DNA of 64,000 bases from Octopus bimaculoides (GCF_001194135.2 NC_068995.1:33367218-33431217), one strand, 5' to 3'; shown: positions 50,068 through 62,480, counted from the stretch's first letter. Notes: a model not told the origin generated them from the letters alone. Numbers and translations: made by a program.

Positions 50068-51150
50068 CATCATCATCATCATCATCATCATCGTTTAACG
50101 TCCGCTTTCCATGCTAGCATGGGTTGGACGATTTGACTGAGGACTGGTGAAACCGGATGGCAACACCAGGCTCCAGTCTGATTTGGCAGAGTTTCTACAG
50201 CTGGATGCCCTTCCTAACGCCAACCACTCAGAGAGTGTAGTGGGTGCTTTTACGTGTCACCCGCACGAAAACGGCCACGCTCGAAATGGTGTCTTTTATG
50301 TGCCACCCGCACAAGCCAGTCCNNNNNNNNNNNNNNNNNNNNNNNNNNNNNNNNNNNNNNNNNNNNNNNNNNNNNNNNNNNNNNNNNNNNNNNNNNNNNN
50401 NNNNNNNNNNNNNNNNNNNNNNNNNNNNNNNNNNNNNNNNNNNNNNNNNNNNNNNNNNNNNNNNNNNNNNNNNNNNNNNNNNNNNNNNNNNNNNNNNNNN
50501 NNNNNNNNNNNNNNNNNNNNNNNNNNNNNNNNNNNNNNNNNNNNNNNNNNNNNNNNNNNNNNNNNNNNNNNNNNNNNNNNNNNNNNNNNNNNNNNNNNNN
50601 NNNNNNNNNNNNNNNNNNNNNNNNNNNNNNNNNNNNNNNNNNNNNNNNNNNNNNNNNNNNNNNNNNNNNNNNNNNNNNNNNNNNNNNNNNNNNNNNNNNN
50701 NNNNNNNNNNNNNNNNNNNNNNNNNNNNNNNNNNNNNNNNNNNNNNNNNNNNNNNNNNNNNNNNNNNNNNNNNNNNNNNNNNNNNNNNNNNNNNNNNNNN
50801 NNNNNNNNNNNNNNNNNNNNNNNNNNNNNNNNNNNNNNNNNNNNNNNNNNNNNNNNNNNNNNNNNNNNNNNNNNNNNNNNNNNNNNNNNNNNNNNNNNNN
50901 NNNNNNGTCCTCAGCAGTTACAGCCCATGTTTCACTGCCATGTAGCATGGTTGTTCGTACGCATGCGTCATACAGTCTGCCTTTTACTCTGAGTGAGAGT
51001 CCCTTTGTCGCCAGCAGGGGTAAGAGCTCTCTAAACTTTGCCCAGGCTATTCTTATTCTAGCAGCTACACTTTCAGCGCACCCACCCCCACTACTAACTT
51101 GGTCGCCCAGATAGCGGAAGCTATCGACTACCTCTAGTTTTTCACCCTGG
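50068..51150 (-). mobile_element. Young 5'-truncated RTE-clade LINE (ORF2 C-terminus plus 3' UTR = family C tail), spanning gap 50323-50906
   Basis: Uninterrupted minus-strand QGEKLEVVDSFRYLGDQVSSGGGCAESVAARIRIAWAKFRELLPLLATKGLSLRVKGRLYDACVRTTMLHGSETWAVTAED, then after the gap the tail ending gcggacgttaaacgatgatgatg. Confidence 0.88.
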
Positions 51151-51493
51151 AATGAGATAGAAGTTGTTTCCTGTTTGTTTGCAGTCTTTATTGCACCTGA
51201 ACATCTGCCACATTCTAAAAATAGTTACAGGATATGCATGAGTAATTCAAAACAATGTGAATAAATATGCATTACATTTGACAAAGTAATTTGAATGCTA
51301 AAGGGTTAAATGACTGGGTAGCATCTGGATGTTGCCTGAATCTCGTGTTAGGTTGGGGATGAAGTCAGTCTTGTATCTGGATAAGAGTATGTATTCGAGG
51401 TAGCAGTAAGAAGCTTGTTAATGTAGAACAGTATTAGTGTTGGCGATACAACCAAACCACAATGCATCACAAAGTTAACAATTTGAAATATAG

Positions 51494-51550
51494 AGGTCTT
51501 TGTAGCACATACAACAATGAAGTCTAATTGGACATTTCATCTAAGAGATG
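51494..51550 (+). CDS. Putative small exon, possible start ATG at 51517 (MKSNWTFHLRD)
   Basis: tatag| acceptor (weak), acaacaATG context, gatg|gtaagc donor; phase-1 exit matches the next exon. Confidence 0.35.
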
Positions 51551-52247
51551 GTAAGCTGAACTAGTAGGTACTCATGCCAAAGACTGCTGAAAGATTTGCT
51601 GATGTCACAGAGAACAACACTGTTTTCACTGAAATCCTCTACAGAACTTGATGGTTACCAAGAAGAGATAGAGGTTTAAAGTAGTGAGACAGTAATTGCT
51701 AGCCATACTTGCATCTTTGAGATGTTGGCAGTAAGAAGGATGGATCAATAAAGATGTGGGAAAATTTCCTTGGGATGCTTTCTGCATGAACAACACAGAC
51801 ATAAGTGGGTACTTAACATACTTAATGAAGTGAATTTTAAAATATTTCATCAAAATTTTACTCATATAGAAAACAAAAAAAGTATAATGAGAATTCTTTT
51901 TCCAAAGATAATGTAGACAACTTCAAAATTAAAATTTAAAAAAGCTGAAGTACATCTAACCTACTGTAATCTTATATCTTAATACTGCCGACAAGAAATA
52001 GTTTATTTACACTTTTAATTTTTTCATTTAATCTTCCTCTCAATTTCATTAGTTATTCTATATTTAAAGAATTATATTACTTAACTACATGACAACATTA
52101 TTGGAGTAAAGCTACTGACATTTAAAACTTCTCCAAGCTTAAAATAGATTTTTTTTTTCCCTCTCTCTAATTGACAAAGCAGCTGCTGAACTCTGTAGCT
52201 TACAACTTATTACTTTATGAAATAAGTGTAAGCTATTTACTTAATAG

Positions 52248-52389
52248 GTAGTCTTTTATCTCCAACTACTGTTACTGTGATAGATGTATCCAATAACAGT
52301 TCCTTAGATGACAATGATAGTTTTGCAGTTACTGCAAGATTGGTTAGAACGTTTGTCAACTTAAAACAGTTGTCTGTTGAAGTTTGCAG
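52248..52389 (+). CDS. Putative internal coding exon, LRR-like peptide, gene unidentified
   Basis: ttaatag| acceptor, tgcag|gtaaat donor, 142 nt open: GSLLSPTTVTVIDVSNNSSLDDNDSFAVTARLVRTFVNLKQLSVEVC (xxIDVSxN ... NLxxLxVxxC). Confidence 0.5.
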
Positions 52390-54144
52390 GTAAATGTTTT
52401 GCTTTCTTACTTGTATCATCTACCTTTTTCCTTCATATTCGAAATACATATCCATTTTGCAGTCCATCTAATTTGGTTTCTTTATTTTAAGATAATCTCT
52501 ATCTTTCCTAGATTCATAAGTTATTGGAAATGCTGCTTCTGAAAATTTAGTTTGATTTTAAGATATATATTCGAGAACATGCAATATATAAGCAAAAATT
52601 TATGTTAAGAACAAAATTCAAAATTTCAGTTTGATATTCAAGGATTAACTTCAAAAAGTTAGGTTCAAGATATTTAAGAATAGATAAATGTTAATAATTT
52701 TTTTATAATAGCAATATATTTGTAATATGTAGAATAATTCTGACTGTGATTTAAACCTTTTATCCAAAATTGTTGTTATTCAGTTATTCTATATTTGTTT
52801 CTATGCTGATAGGTTTGGGAGAAATATTTATTTAATTCACTGAAATGGTGAAATAAATCCAAAATCTGTCTGGCTGGGATGTCTCCTATAATTGTTAGAA
52901 TAATTAATTAGTCATTGATGAGTATTGTTTTTTCTTACTGCATAATTTTATTTAACTCTTTAATGCTTCTCATCCTTTATAACACTCACCTTGAAGCATG
53001 TTTAACTAACTTTGCTGTCCAGAATCTAATATTGTTACATAATGTTTATTTTTGCATTTAATTTCCTCTGTTAAATGTATATGCAGTATCTTGTATACAT
53101 ACAATACATACATCTATGTATGGATGTACATGTATTTACACATAGAAAGTTCATTGTTGATTTTATCCCTTTAGATTCAGTTTATTTTGATTATATAATG
53201 TGTATATGTATATACACACATAAATTTCATTGTAGATTTTTTTCCCTTTAGATTCATTTTATGTTGATTATATAATGTTTGACATATCAGTTGTAGTAAC
53301 TATGCTGTATTTGAACACAGGAAATTTGAAACCATTATATGTAAGGAAGCCAATTTTATGTCCTGTTAAATTTCAAAAACATTTCCGTTTTGAATTGTCC
53401 ATTTTATAGTTTGCATTCAGTTCAGTTTTTAATTTGTCTTCATTACAATTGACAAGAGCTAGGAAATAGGAACAGTTGTGTGTATGACAAGACATTTTAC
53501 CAACCTTTTATTCTAAATATAATGAACCAGTTTCTTCAATGTATAGTATTGCTAAAGGAGTATTTCTTACCATGTTACATTATACCAGAATCTGGTTCTC
53601 ATTATGTAGGTTGTTGTAAGGTAGCTATTTCAGACTGTTTTGTTTTTTTTCTTTTCTATTTTAAAACTTTGCTATGCATTTCATGCAAATGTATATGGTT
53701 TGTGCAATAGATGAGTATCTCTATATATTGGAGGAGGAGTGCATGTGCTTTTTTTTTTCTTCTTGTCATTAAAAAGTTGGACAAATATCTTTCCCATAGC
53801 CTCAAGTTAACCCATACCTTATGGGTAGAAATTATTAGACTGAAATAGTAAAGAAGCTCATAAAATATATATATGTCTGTATGCTTGTGATTATGTTGTA
53901 CATCTTTCTATAACTTAGTGGCTCAACAAACATTGGTAAATTAATGACTGGGGGTTAATATGGTCAATTAAACCTTTAAAGGTGGTGCCCCAGCATGGCC
54001 ACAGTTATGTGACTGGTAGAAGGATATGTTGGAAGTTTTTGTACTTTTGAATTATATATACATTGTACAAAGTAGAAATAATACTTAATTCTGTTTATTA
54101 TATAATATTTTTCTCTCTATTTTCAGAAGAATTTCTCCACCAAA

Positions 54145-55182
54145 ATGGCTGACACTGTATCTGAAGGAATTCTCCTTGGGCTTGGAAATCCTCTTCTTGA
54201 CATTACTGTTGTTTGCCCAGACAACACATTACTCGATAAATATGGTTTACTAGCTAACAATGCTATCATAGCTACAGATATTCACCATCCTCTGTATGAG
54301 GAGATGGTGAAAAATTACAAACCGGAATATTTACCTGGAGGTGCCACCCTTAATAGTGTGCGTGTAGCACAGTGGCTTCTGCAGAAACCAAATGCTACCA
54401 CATTTTTTGGTGGTGTAGGCCAGGATAAATATGCTGAGATTTTGAAAAAGAAGTCTATTGATGTTGGTGTGAATGTGTGCTATCAAGTCCACAGTGATGT
54501 TCAAACTGGTGTTTGTGGAGCAATAATAACTGGAGAAGACCGATCACTTGTAACAGAATTGGGGGCTGCCCAACACTTCTGTGTTGATTTCTTGAAAAAA
54601 CCTGAGAACTGGAAGTTAGTAGAAGCTGCTCAGTGTTATTATGCTGGCGGGTTTATTCTCCCTGTTAGTAAAGAATCAGTTATTGCCCTAGCACATCATA
54701 GTACTGAGAATAAAAAGACTATGGTTATAAACTTGCATGCGACTTTCCTCTGCAGTATGTTTGCTGACCCCAAAATAAATATCTTACCTTACGTAGATAT
54801 TCTTTTTGGTAACAGTGATGAAGCTGCTGAATTTTGTTCTATAATGGGATTCCCGAATAAGGACTTGAAGCAAATGGCGCTACAGGTGGCGGCATTGCCA
54901 AAAGTTAATTCAGAAAGAGAGCGCATTGTTGTTTTTACCCAGGGCAGGGACCCCACTATAGTAGCACAAGGAGGAAAAGTATCTGAATATCCAGTGGAAT
55001 CTGTAGACCATGATCTTATTAAAGATACAAATGGTTGTGGGGATTCTTTTGTTGGTGGATTCTTGTCCCAATGGGTTCTTGGCCGCTCAGTACAGGATTG
55101 TGTCAGGTGTGGTTTTTATGCTGCCAAAGTTGTCATTCAGCACTATGGTTGCCAATATCCAGTGAAACCAAATTTTGTTTAA
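54145..55182 (+). CDS. ADK: Adenosine kinase (PfkB/ribokinase family), single-exon CDS, 345 aa
   Basis: GNPLLDI, GGATLNS.RVAQW, TG.C...ITG..RSL, PYVDILFGNxxE, R.RIVVFTQGRD, DTNGCGDSFVGGFL, GCxYP.KPxF are collinear with animal ADK; no introns or stops. Acceptor ctctctattttcag| at 54126, ATG in caaaATGg context. Confidence 0.97.
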   Translation: MADTVSEGILLGLGNPLLDITVVCPDNTLLDKYGLLANNAIIATDIHHPLYEEMVKNYKPEYLPGGATLNSVRVAQWLLQKPNATTFFGGVGQDKYAEILKKKSIDVGVNVCYQVHSDVQTGVCGAIITGEDRSLVTELGAAQHFCVDFLKKPENWKLVEAAQCYYAGGFILPVSKESVIALAHHSTENKKTMVINLHATFLCSMFADPKINILPYVDILFGNSDEAAEFCSIMGFPNKDLKQMALQVAALPKVNSERERIVVFTQGRDPTIVAQGGKVSEYPVESVDHDLIKDTNGCGDSFVGGFLSQWVLGRSVQDCVRCGFYAAKVVIQHYGCQYPVKPNFV

Positions 55183-55520
55183 ACATCCTCCTTCTTATAA
55201 AATTATTGCTCTTTTGAGATGGTCAGAAGCCCTCTGAGGCTTCTTTTTTAAATTACTTAAGAATTAAGGATAAAATTCGAAGAAGTGACTTTTTGTTTGT
55301 ATTTATGAAACTATTATTGGATAACTTGATTTTTCCCTATTTGTCTAGATTTTGAGCAAAGCATTAAAAGTTTCTCATGCTTATTTACTAATTATAATGA
55401 TATGGCATGTTAAATACCTCACATACATATTGCTTTTGATTTTATATAATTATAAGCATCTTTAATGTTTCTTAAAATTATATGACTCTAAAAGACTTGA
55501 TATGTGGTTAGCATGAAAGT

Positions 55521-55526
55521 AATAAA
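55521..55526 (+). terminator. Candidate polyadenylation signal for ADK
   Basis: First AATAAA about 340 nt after the stop; further copies near 56999 and 57359. Confidence 0.3.
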
Positions 55527-55929
55527 ATAGTGTCATTTCTGTTGAGATTTTTTTTCTTTTTCTTGGACAGTTGGTTGACAAGAGAAAATATGGATTTAAA
55601 AAAATTTAATCTGTGTTCCATACTTTAGATTTTCAATTGCGTGATTTATCATTTGTAAGAATATACATTTTCAATTTATATACAAATAACTGTTGTTTCA
55701 TTGAATTTGAGTTTATTGAAATTCCATCGCAGCTACATAAGTTAGAGATTATGCACATACTCATGTTTCTGTTCATCTGTTGAAATTTATTTTCCTTCCA
55801 CTTAGAAATTCCATCTTAAATTGAATCTCAATATATATATTTTTAATTTCTCAATTGTAGTACTTAAATTCTTATGGGTCCTTTAGATAGAGCAATTCTT
55901 AAATGTAACTTTAGTAACTATATATATAT

Positions 55930-56030
55930 ATGGGAGAATATACAAAAAATAACAACAGACGAGGACAGGTGGTGTAAATAACAAAAGTATATATTAGTAT
56001 GACGCTCGGGAATACGGAAAGTCTTTGACG

Positions 56031-56031
<1 letters not shown>
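55930..56031 (-). mobile_element. Truncated Penelope-like LTR copy
   Basis: Reverse complement cgtcaaagactttccgtattcccgagcgtcatactaat...gtcctcgtctgttgtt aligns with 22421-22495; bounded by (TA)n. Confidence 0.6.
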
Positions 56032-56075
<44 letters not shown>

Positions 56076-59000
56076 AATTTTCTATAAATGACATATATTT
56101 TCAATTATTTACTTGTCTTGTGCAGTAGTTTATATTTGGTTGCAGCATTTGCAGAGATAATTATGATAATGTACTGCCCCTGAGTTGTTTATATTTCACT
56201 TATTTGTTAATTTATTTTTTAATTGCTAGATATGTAAAATTTTAGAAATTCAGATTGCATATAATTTAGAAAGTTAGTTTTACTTCTCATTTTTATTTCT
56301 TGAAAGAATTCATAGTACCAATTCTTTAAAAGTTTTCCTATTTGTGATAGATAATAGATATCAGAAGGCTAATGTTTGGCCAGGATGTGGTGTACATAGC
56401 CTATTGAATCAATTCCAATAATGACTCTTATATATTATCAATCTTACAAAATTTGGGTCTCAATGTTAACCCTGGCAGCATTTGAACCTAGAACATTGAA
56501 GTACCATAGTGCACACATATATTGACTGTTTCCCATCATTCTTACTTTCATTTGAACCTAGAACATTGCAATGCTCTATTTATTGAAGTATATATACATG
56601 TATTGGTTGTCTCTCATCACACCCTTACATTTATTTCATTCATCAAATATAGAAATCCTTTTTTCGTATAAAATAGTTGATTGTTTACAACTGCTAATTT
56701 CCAGTATTATTTGTTAGTGATTAGAAATTTTAATTTATTTTGAGCATGAGATTTTCCTTGGTTGCTTTTCTATCTCATCGTTCTGGTTATATTCAGTATA
56801 CATGTAATGTATGTGTTAAGGATGATACAACACATTCCTAATTCAGTAGCACTATAAAATTGTGGAATGCAATCAAATAGGATAAATACATCTTGTATTA
56901 TTAAAAGTTGGATATTCTTCTTGAATGTGAATAAGAGAATAACTTTTTTTTTCCCCCTCCCTGTAAACTAATCTTGTAGTTTATATACAGCTAGTTTCAA
57001 TAAAGTTGCTGGTTAGTACTTTTGTGGTTTTGAAATCTATTACCTCTTTATGCTGTACTAAAGATGCAATGGGGTAGTTAATAGAATGTCCTTACTAATC
57101 CACTAACTTCCTGTAAATGTTGCAACAAAACATAAGAAATATAGAAGAGGAAATCATTTTTGTCAAGTGTCTCCTCTGCTCTTATTTCATGCCTTCATCT
57201 CATTAATATTTATGTAATCAACAACTACACTGTTGCCATGGCCATCAAACCAGCTCTCCCTTATTGTAAAATATTAATCTATTTTAAATGGATATGATCT
57301 GTTTGTGTGTGTGTGTGTGTATAAATATTTTTGTTTCTTTTTATGAAACTTTTTTCTGAATAAATCATGAACTAACTTTGTGTGTGTGAGATCATTTGTG
57401 AGCTACACTGCTGCAATGAAATTGGTTAGCTGGAATTTGTTGCATAAAAGCCATTTCCTGATTTTGAGGTTACCTATATTTTGGATATTGGTATTGATTC
57501 TAAACATTAAGGTTGATATTAGTATTTGGGTCCTATGATTTTGTAGTAAGCTCATTCACTGCCAGAACAGAGAGCCAGGAGTAATGTGATGTTGCTGATT
57601 ATTTCTTCTTGGCAAATAAGCCTAAATTGCATAAAATCTTCATTTTGTCTGTACACAGAATACTTGCCATTTCCATTGTCATTTTTGACTTGCTGTTAAA
57701 TGAAGTCTCATCAAGCCATTGCCATATTTTCTTCTCTAGTTGTAGGCCTACTTGTCCATGCTGGCCTATTACAAGTTGGTCAAAGTAGTCCAGTGGTCAG
57801 ATGATTCACCTTCATCATTAGCACTTTGTGGCAAAATTTGTACTCTGAGTACAGAGATCCAGACCAAATACCTCACCATATTCTATGTGATTTTCTGCTA
57901 ATTCACCTCATGCTGCAGCTAGTAATTGTAATGGAGCCACTCTTTATATGAAATTCACCCATAAAAGTTGTATTAGAAAATCTTATGTTAATACAGTTAT
58001 ATCTTAGAAAGTGAAGTTAAAGATGTTTTTTTGCAAAAATCAAGCAGTGTTAGACTCAATTTTTGCATGATATATTAAATAGCACATACACACACACTAA
58101 AATTTAGTATATATTCTTTGTACATTTTCCCTGATATTATTGTCTTTTGTTTACCATATGCCTCAATTGATTGTATATATATATGATGGATTTACTGATA
58201 GGTTACACTAGGTGCAAGTTGTTCTAAGAAAACTTGCAGAAAATTTAGTTATGAGATAAAATTTAGAAGACAGAGCAACAAGAACGAGATGTAAAGTTTG
58301 AAAATCATATTTCTGAAGCTGCATTCCACTATAGGACTTTAAAGTATTTTAATGGTCCATGTACACAAAAGATGGGAAGAATGGGCAATTTACAAGGTTT
58401 TATCTTTATCCTTGTACATAATTGAATAAAAAATTTCACACACATACACAAAACCCTATGGAATGTCCAGAATCCAAGCTCAATATCAACATGCACTGTT
58501 TAGAAAAGCATTTTTAGCTTTTTTTTTTTTTTTTTTTTGTGCATACTTAAAAAAAATAACATGATAAAAACTAAATGATGGTACATCCCGGTGATTACAG
58601 TTGTACATTTTTATATTTAGTTTTATTATCAATTATTCATATAATGGTATTTTTATGAACCAACTCGTAAACTTTGATATAGCATATGTTTCTTTCATGT
58701 CTGTTAGTAAATTCTAATCTAATTCATTGATATTTATACTATTTCATCCTTCTTCCAGCTTTATGTGTATGATATGGCTCTTGTAACTTCCTGTTTGGAA
58801 TATTAACATAGGGAAAATATCTTTCACTCCTTTTGTCAACATTTTCTAAACTGAGTATGCTATTTGTGTGATTTTTCATGTGTTAGTCATCAACAGATTG
58901 ATGTTGTATAGGGTTTGAAGTAACACTCCAGTCCAACACAGATCGAGGTAATCATTTTCTTCAATTTGTCTTCTACAGTTGTATAAACCTTATTACACTC

Positions 59001-60623
59001 TTCCCTCTACAATATACCTTCATGCTTTTGTAAAAGCTTTTCTTTCAATTTGGAGAATGCTGTTATTCTTAGAGAAAAATAATGTATTTTCAATTCAGTG
59101 ATAATAATACCCTGCGAAAAGGTTTGACTGTTGTGAAAATAATAAGATCTGGGCTTGACTGTCAATTTGGTTAATGTGGTAAAGTTATTTTTGCAGCCTT
59201 CAACAGATATTTGAAATATCTTTCAATTACTTAAACCTTTTATTGTTGTTGAATTTAAGTGAAAAAGAAAATAGCTAACTAAATATCTTTGTTATTCAAT
59301 ATCACAAGTATTTTTTATATAGATCTAAGTGGTATTCACCTGAAATTATTTTGTTTTAAAGTTAAACCTGTTAAGTTCTTTTCCATATATCTTTCTGAAG
59401 TTTTCTTTTCAACTAGTTTCATTTTGTTGATTTTTTATTTTTTTATTTTTTGGAGTAAGTGACTTAGACTGATTCATCTTCTGAGTGGATTAAAATGGTA
59501 TCAATAGAATTATTCCTTTCCTGCATTTTAGAAGGGTTTTGTTCACTTCTTTTGTTTAGTTATCTTGCATTCAAATGGATCTAATATTGTGCCTCAAGTT
59601 TTCACAGTTTCTCCTTCATCTCAAGCAACCTATTAAGGTGCTAGTTCAATAATTATTGACTTAGATTTGTTGACTCTTTCAAATGTTATTGGTGATAGGG
59701 CTTTGTTTCAACCATTCAATACCTCAGTAAGACTCTTCAAACTTTGCTGAAAATACTTACAAGGTCTATTTTTTTAATTTATTCCATGGCAACAAATCTA
59801 GTCATGATTAATACTTCAATTACATCTTTGTTTTCCCCCCCTCTTTTATAATTGTATATTATTATTATTGATCTCTTTAGCATTAAGAAATTGCCTGAAA
59901 TTTTCTTTGATTACAAGTTGCTTGTAATATGTAGTTATGAAAATGTAGGATTCTTTTTACCACATTTTAATCACTTCAATTACACAGCTTTATATCTATT
60001 ATAATTTTATTTTATGTGTGTCTCATTTGAATAATAACTGAGATGTATAATATTTACCAACACTTCAATAACTTTAAAAAAATTACGTTTTTCAAGGGAA
60101 ATTTGTTTTACAATTTTTTAAACAAATTATTATGTCTTTAAAGCATATTCAGCAAAAAGTTTCTTTTGTTATGATTCTTTTTTTAAGCTGTTAAATTGAT
60201 TTATTGGTACTGTTTTTAACCTAAATAACTGAATGTGTCAGAACTATCCTAAGTAGATTATCGTTTAACTTATAAAGTATTATTTCTAATTTAACAAAGT
60301 AATCTGTTTTTACTTTGCAAAAAGCCCTAAAGACACAACTTTGAACCTTGATAAATATTAGTTCAATAAATTTCATCTGTTGGAAATGTCCATTTATAAA
60401 TTAGATATTTTCTCTGATGATTTGAAAAACTTACTATTAAGAACAGCATTAGAGAATACTAATTATTTGAAAAAATTCAGTCTTTTTTCTTTCCAAAGAA
60501 GGAAGCAAAAAAAAAAAACAAAAACACAAAAATACCTGAAATGAATGGATGTCTTAAAAACACAAATTTCAATTGTTTGTGGAACCCTAAACTGTCCAGT
60601 CAGCATTCACAGGGCGCCTTTAC

Positions 60624-61046
60624 CAGAGAAAGATTTCCTACTCTTCCCCTATTTAAATCTGCTAACATTGTAGTAGGGAAATTCATGTTTGAGTCTGAAG
60701 TGGTAAATCTAACAATTTCATGTAAGATTTTCAAGTGTCTGGAAATGTATAAGATATATTAATTCTTATATTACAAGATGGGATAGTATAATTTTGACAT
60801 TAAGTTTATATTTTTAGCATTTTGGAAAGGGGCTGGAAAATATTTGAATTGTTGTCATATTAAAAAAATTTCCTTAATAAATATATGTAGACATTAAAAT
60901 ACATTTGAGTTCTTCAATAAAACATGTAGTGTAGTGTTTATAACTTAACATAATTATTCTGTAATTGGTGAGGGGTATATTTGGTACATACAGCAAGATT
61001 ATATGAATTACATTTTGTAAAGAATTTCTCTTTGAAATCTTTGAAT
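60624..61046 (-). CDS. Two putative phase-compatible exons (60992-61046 and 60624-60738), unidentified
   Basis: ctttatatttacacag|...gct|gtatgt and cttatacatttccag|...ctg|gtaaag; joined reading SKISKRNSLQNVIHIILLHLKILHEIVRFTTSDSNMNFPTTMLADLNRGRVGNLSL. Confidence 0.3.
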
Positions 61047-61759
61047 CTGTGTAAATATAAAGAAACAAGGCTTGGTTTCTGTATTAAGCCCATTAGAAAC
61101 TCTAATGTATTAAAACTGAAGTTGCACTAAGATCTGAGTTATGGTAAAAAGGAAGGTCTCAAATTGTATGTGCTTGAAATGTTTCACTTGAATTTGCTGC
61201 AGATAATAATAATATCTGACAGCTCTGTATATAGCACAATGCTTTCAGATTTTCTTGTCTGAGATTTCAAGAAAGCTATCCATTGTACACCTGTCAATTT
61301 CCTCCTGTTCCTGTGTCTTTATTGTTTAATTCAATTCCATTTTTAGGTTTAATTTTACAACCATTTTCATTGTTTATTGTATAACATTTTGATCATCAAC
61401 CCACAAACAAAGCAGATAAAACTTGTTCAAACACTTTCCTTTTTGGCTTTAGACATAAGACTGCAGTTAGTTATGAACTTGTAGTGAAATAACTAAGGAT
61501 GTTATGTTGTAATATTGGTTTTCCTATCATGTGATGATTCAGAAATTACTATTTTACTAATGCACTGATGACTATAAATAAATTTTAGCAGTTTATTCAA
61601 TTTTTAAAAAATTTTGTTTTCTACATTCCAGTAATTCTCTTTGTTAAAAAAGATATGTACAAACTATCGAACAAGAGATCTTTCTTTTTGTTTTCATAAT
61701 GTATGTGTGTATATGTATGTATATGCATGTGTGTATATATGTATGTTATGTGCATGCAT

Positions 61760-61796
<37 letters not shown>

Positions 61797-62480
61797 GTGT
61801 ATATGAGAAAGAGAGAGTGAGTATTGGACAATGCTAAAGCAAGCATGGTGTAAATATTCACAAACTAGTGCTCAGATAAATAAGAACTCAAATTCCGACT
61901 CTTTTATCCTGGACAGGTATCTCTAGTGTAAAAAGTCAGTTATAAGAACAATCGTTGTGTATGTATGGAAGTAAAAAGGCAGATAAACATAAGTAAGCTT
62001 GATGAGTATATTTACATAGAATACAAAACAAACAAAAGGAGTTATGTAATCTTGACAACTGTTTCAGGTGAAACATGTCTTATGCTATAACCACCTCATA
62101 AAAGACCAATAGCATTGTAGGTGTATAGAATAACACAAGTTCTTACAGATCCATAAGGTTGTCATGACATCTTCATCAGAAGAATGTGACTAAAAGCATA
62201 TTTCACAGCAGTGTTTACAAATATATAATCTTAAAATGGGGGTAGAGTGGAAATGAGTGGGGGAGGGGCTAAAGGGAAAATGAGAGAAAGGAGAGGTAAC
62301 TAAAGTGGAATTAGTACTATGAAACATCAGCTGGTGATAACCAGAGAAAAGAAAAGTAAAGTACATTTATAAGGGCAAGGATGTGACCAGCACCAGGGTG
62401 GTTGCAGATCATATTCTTTATTTGTGTTTATCTACCTTTTTACTTCTGTGTGTGCATATTTGGATGTATGTTATATGTAT

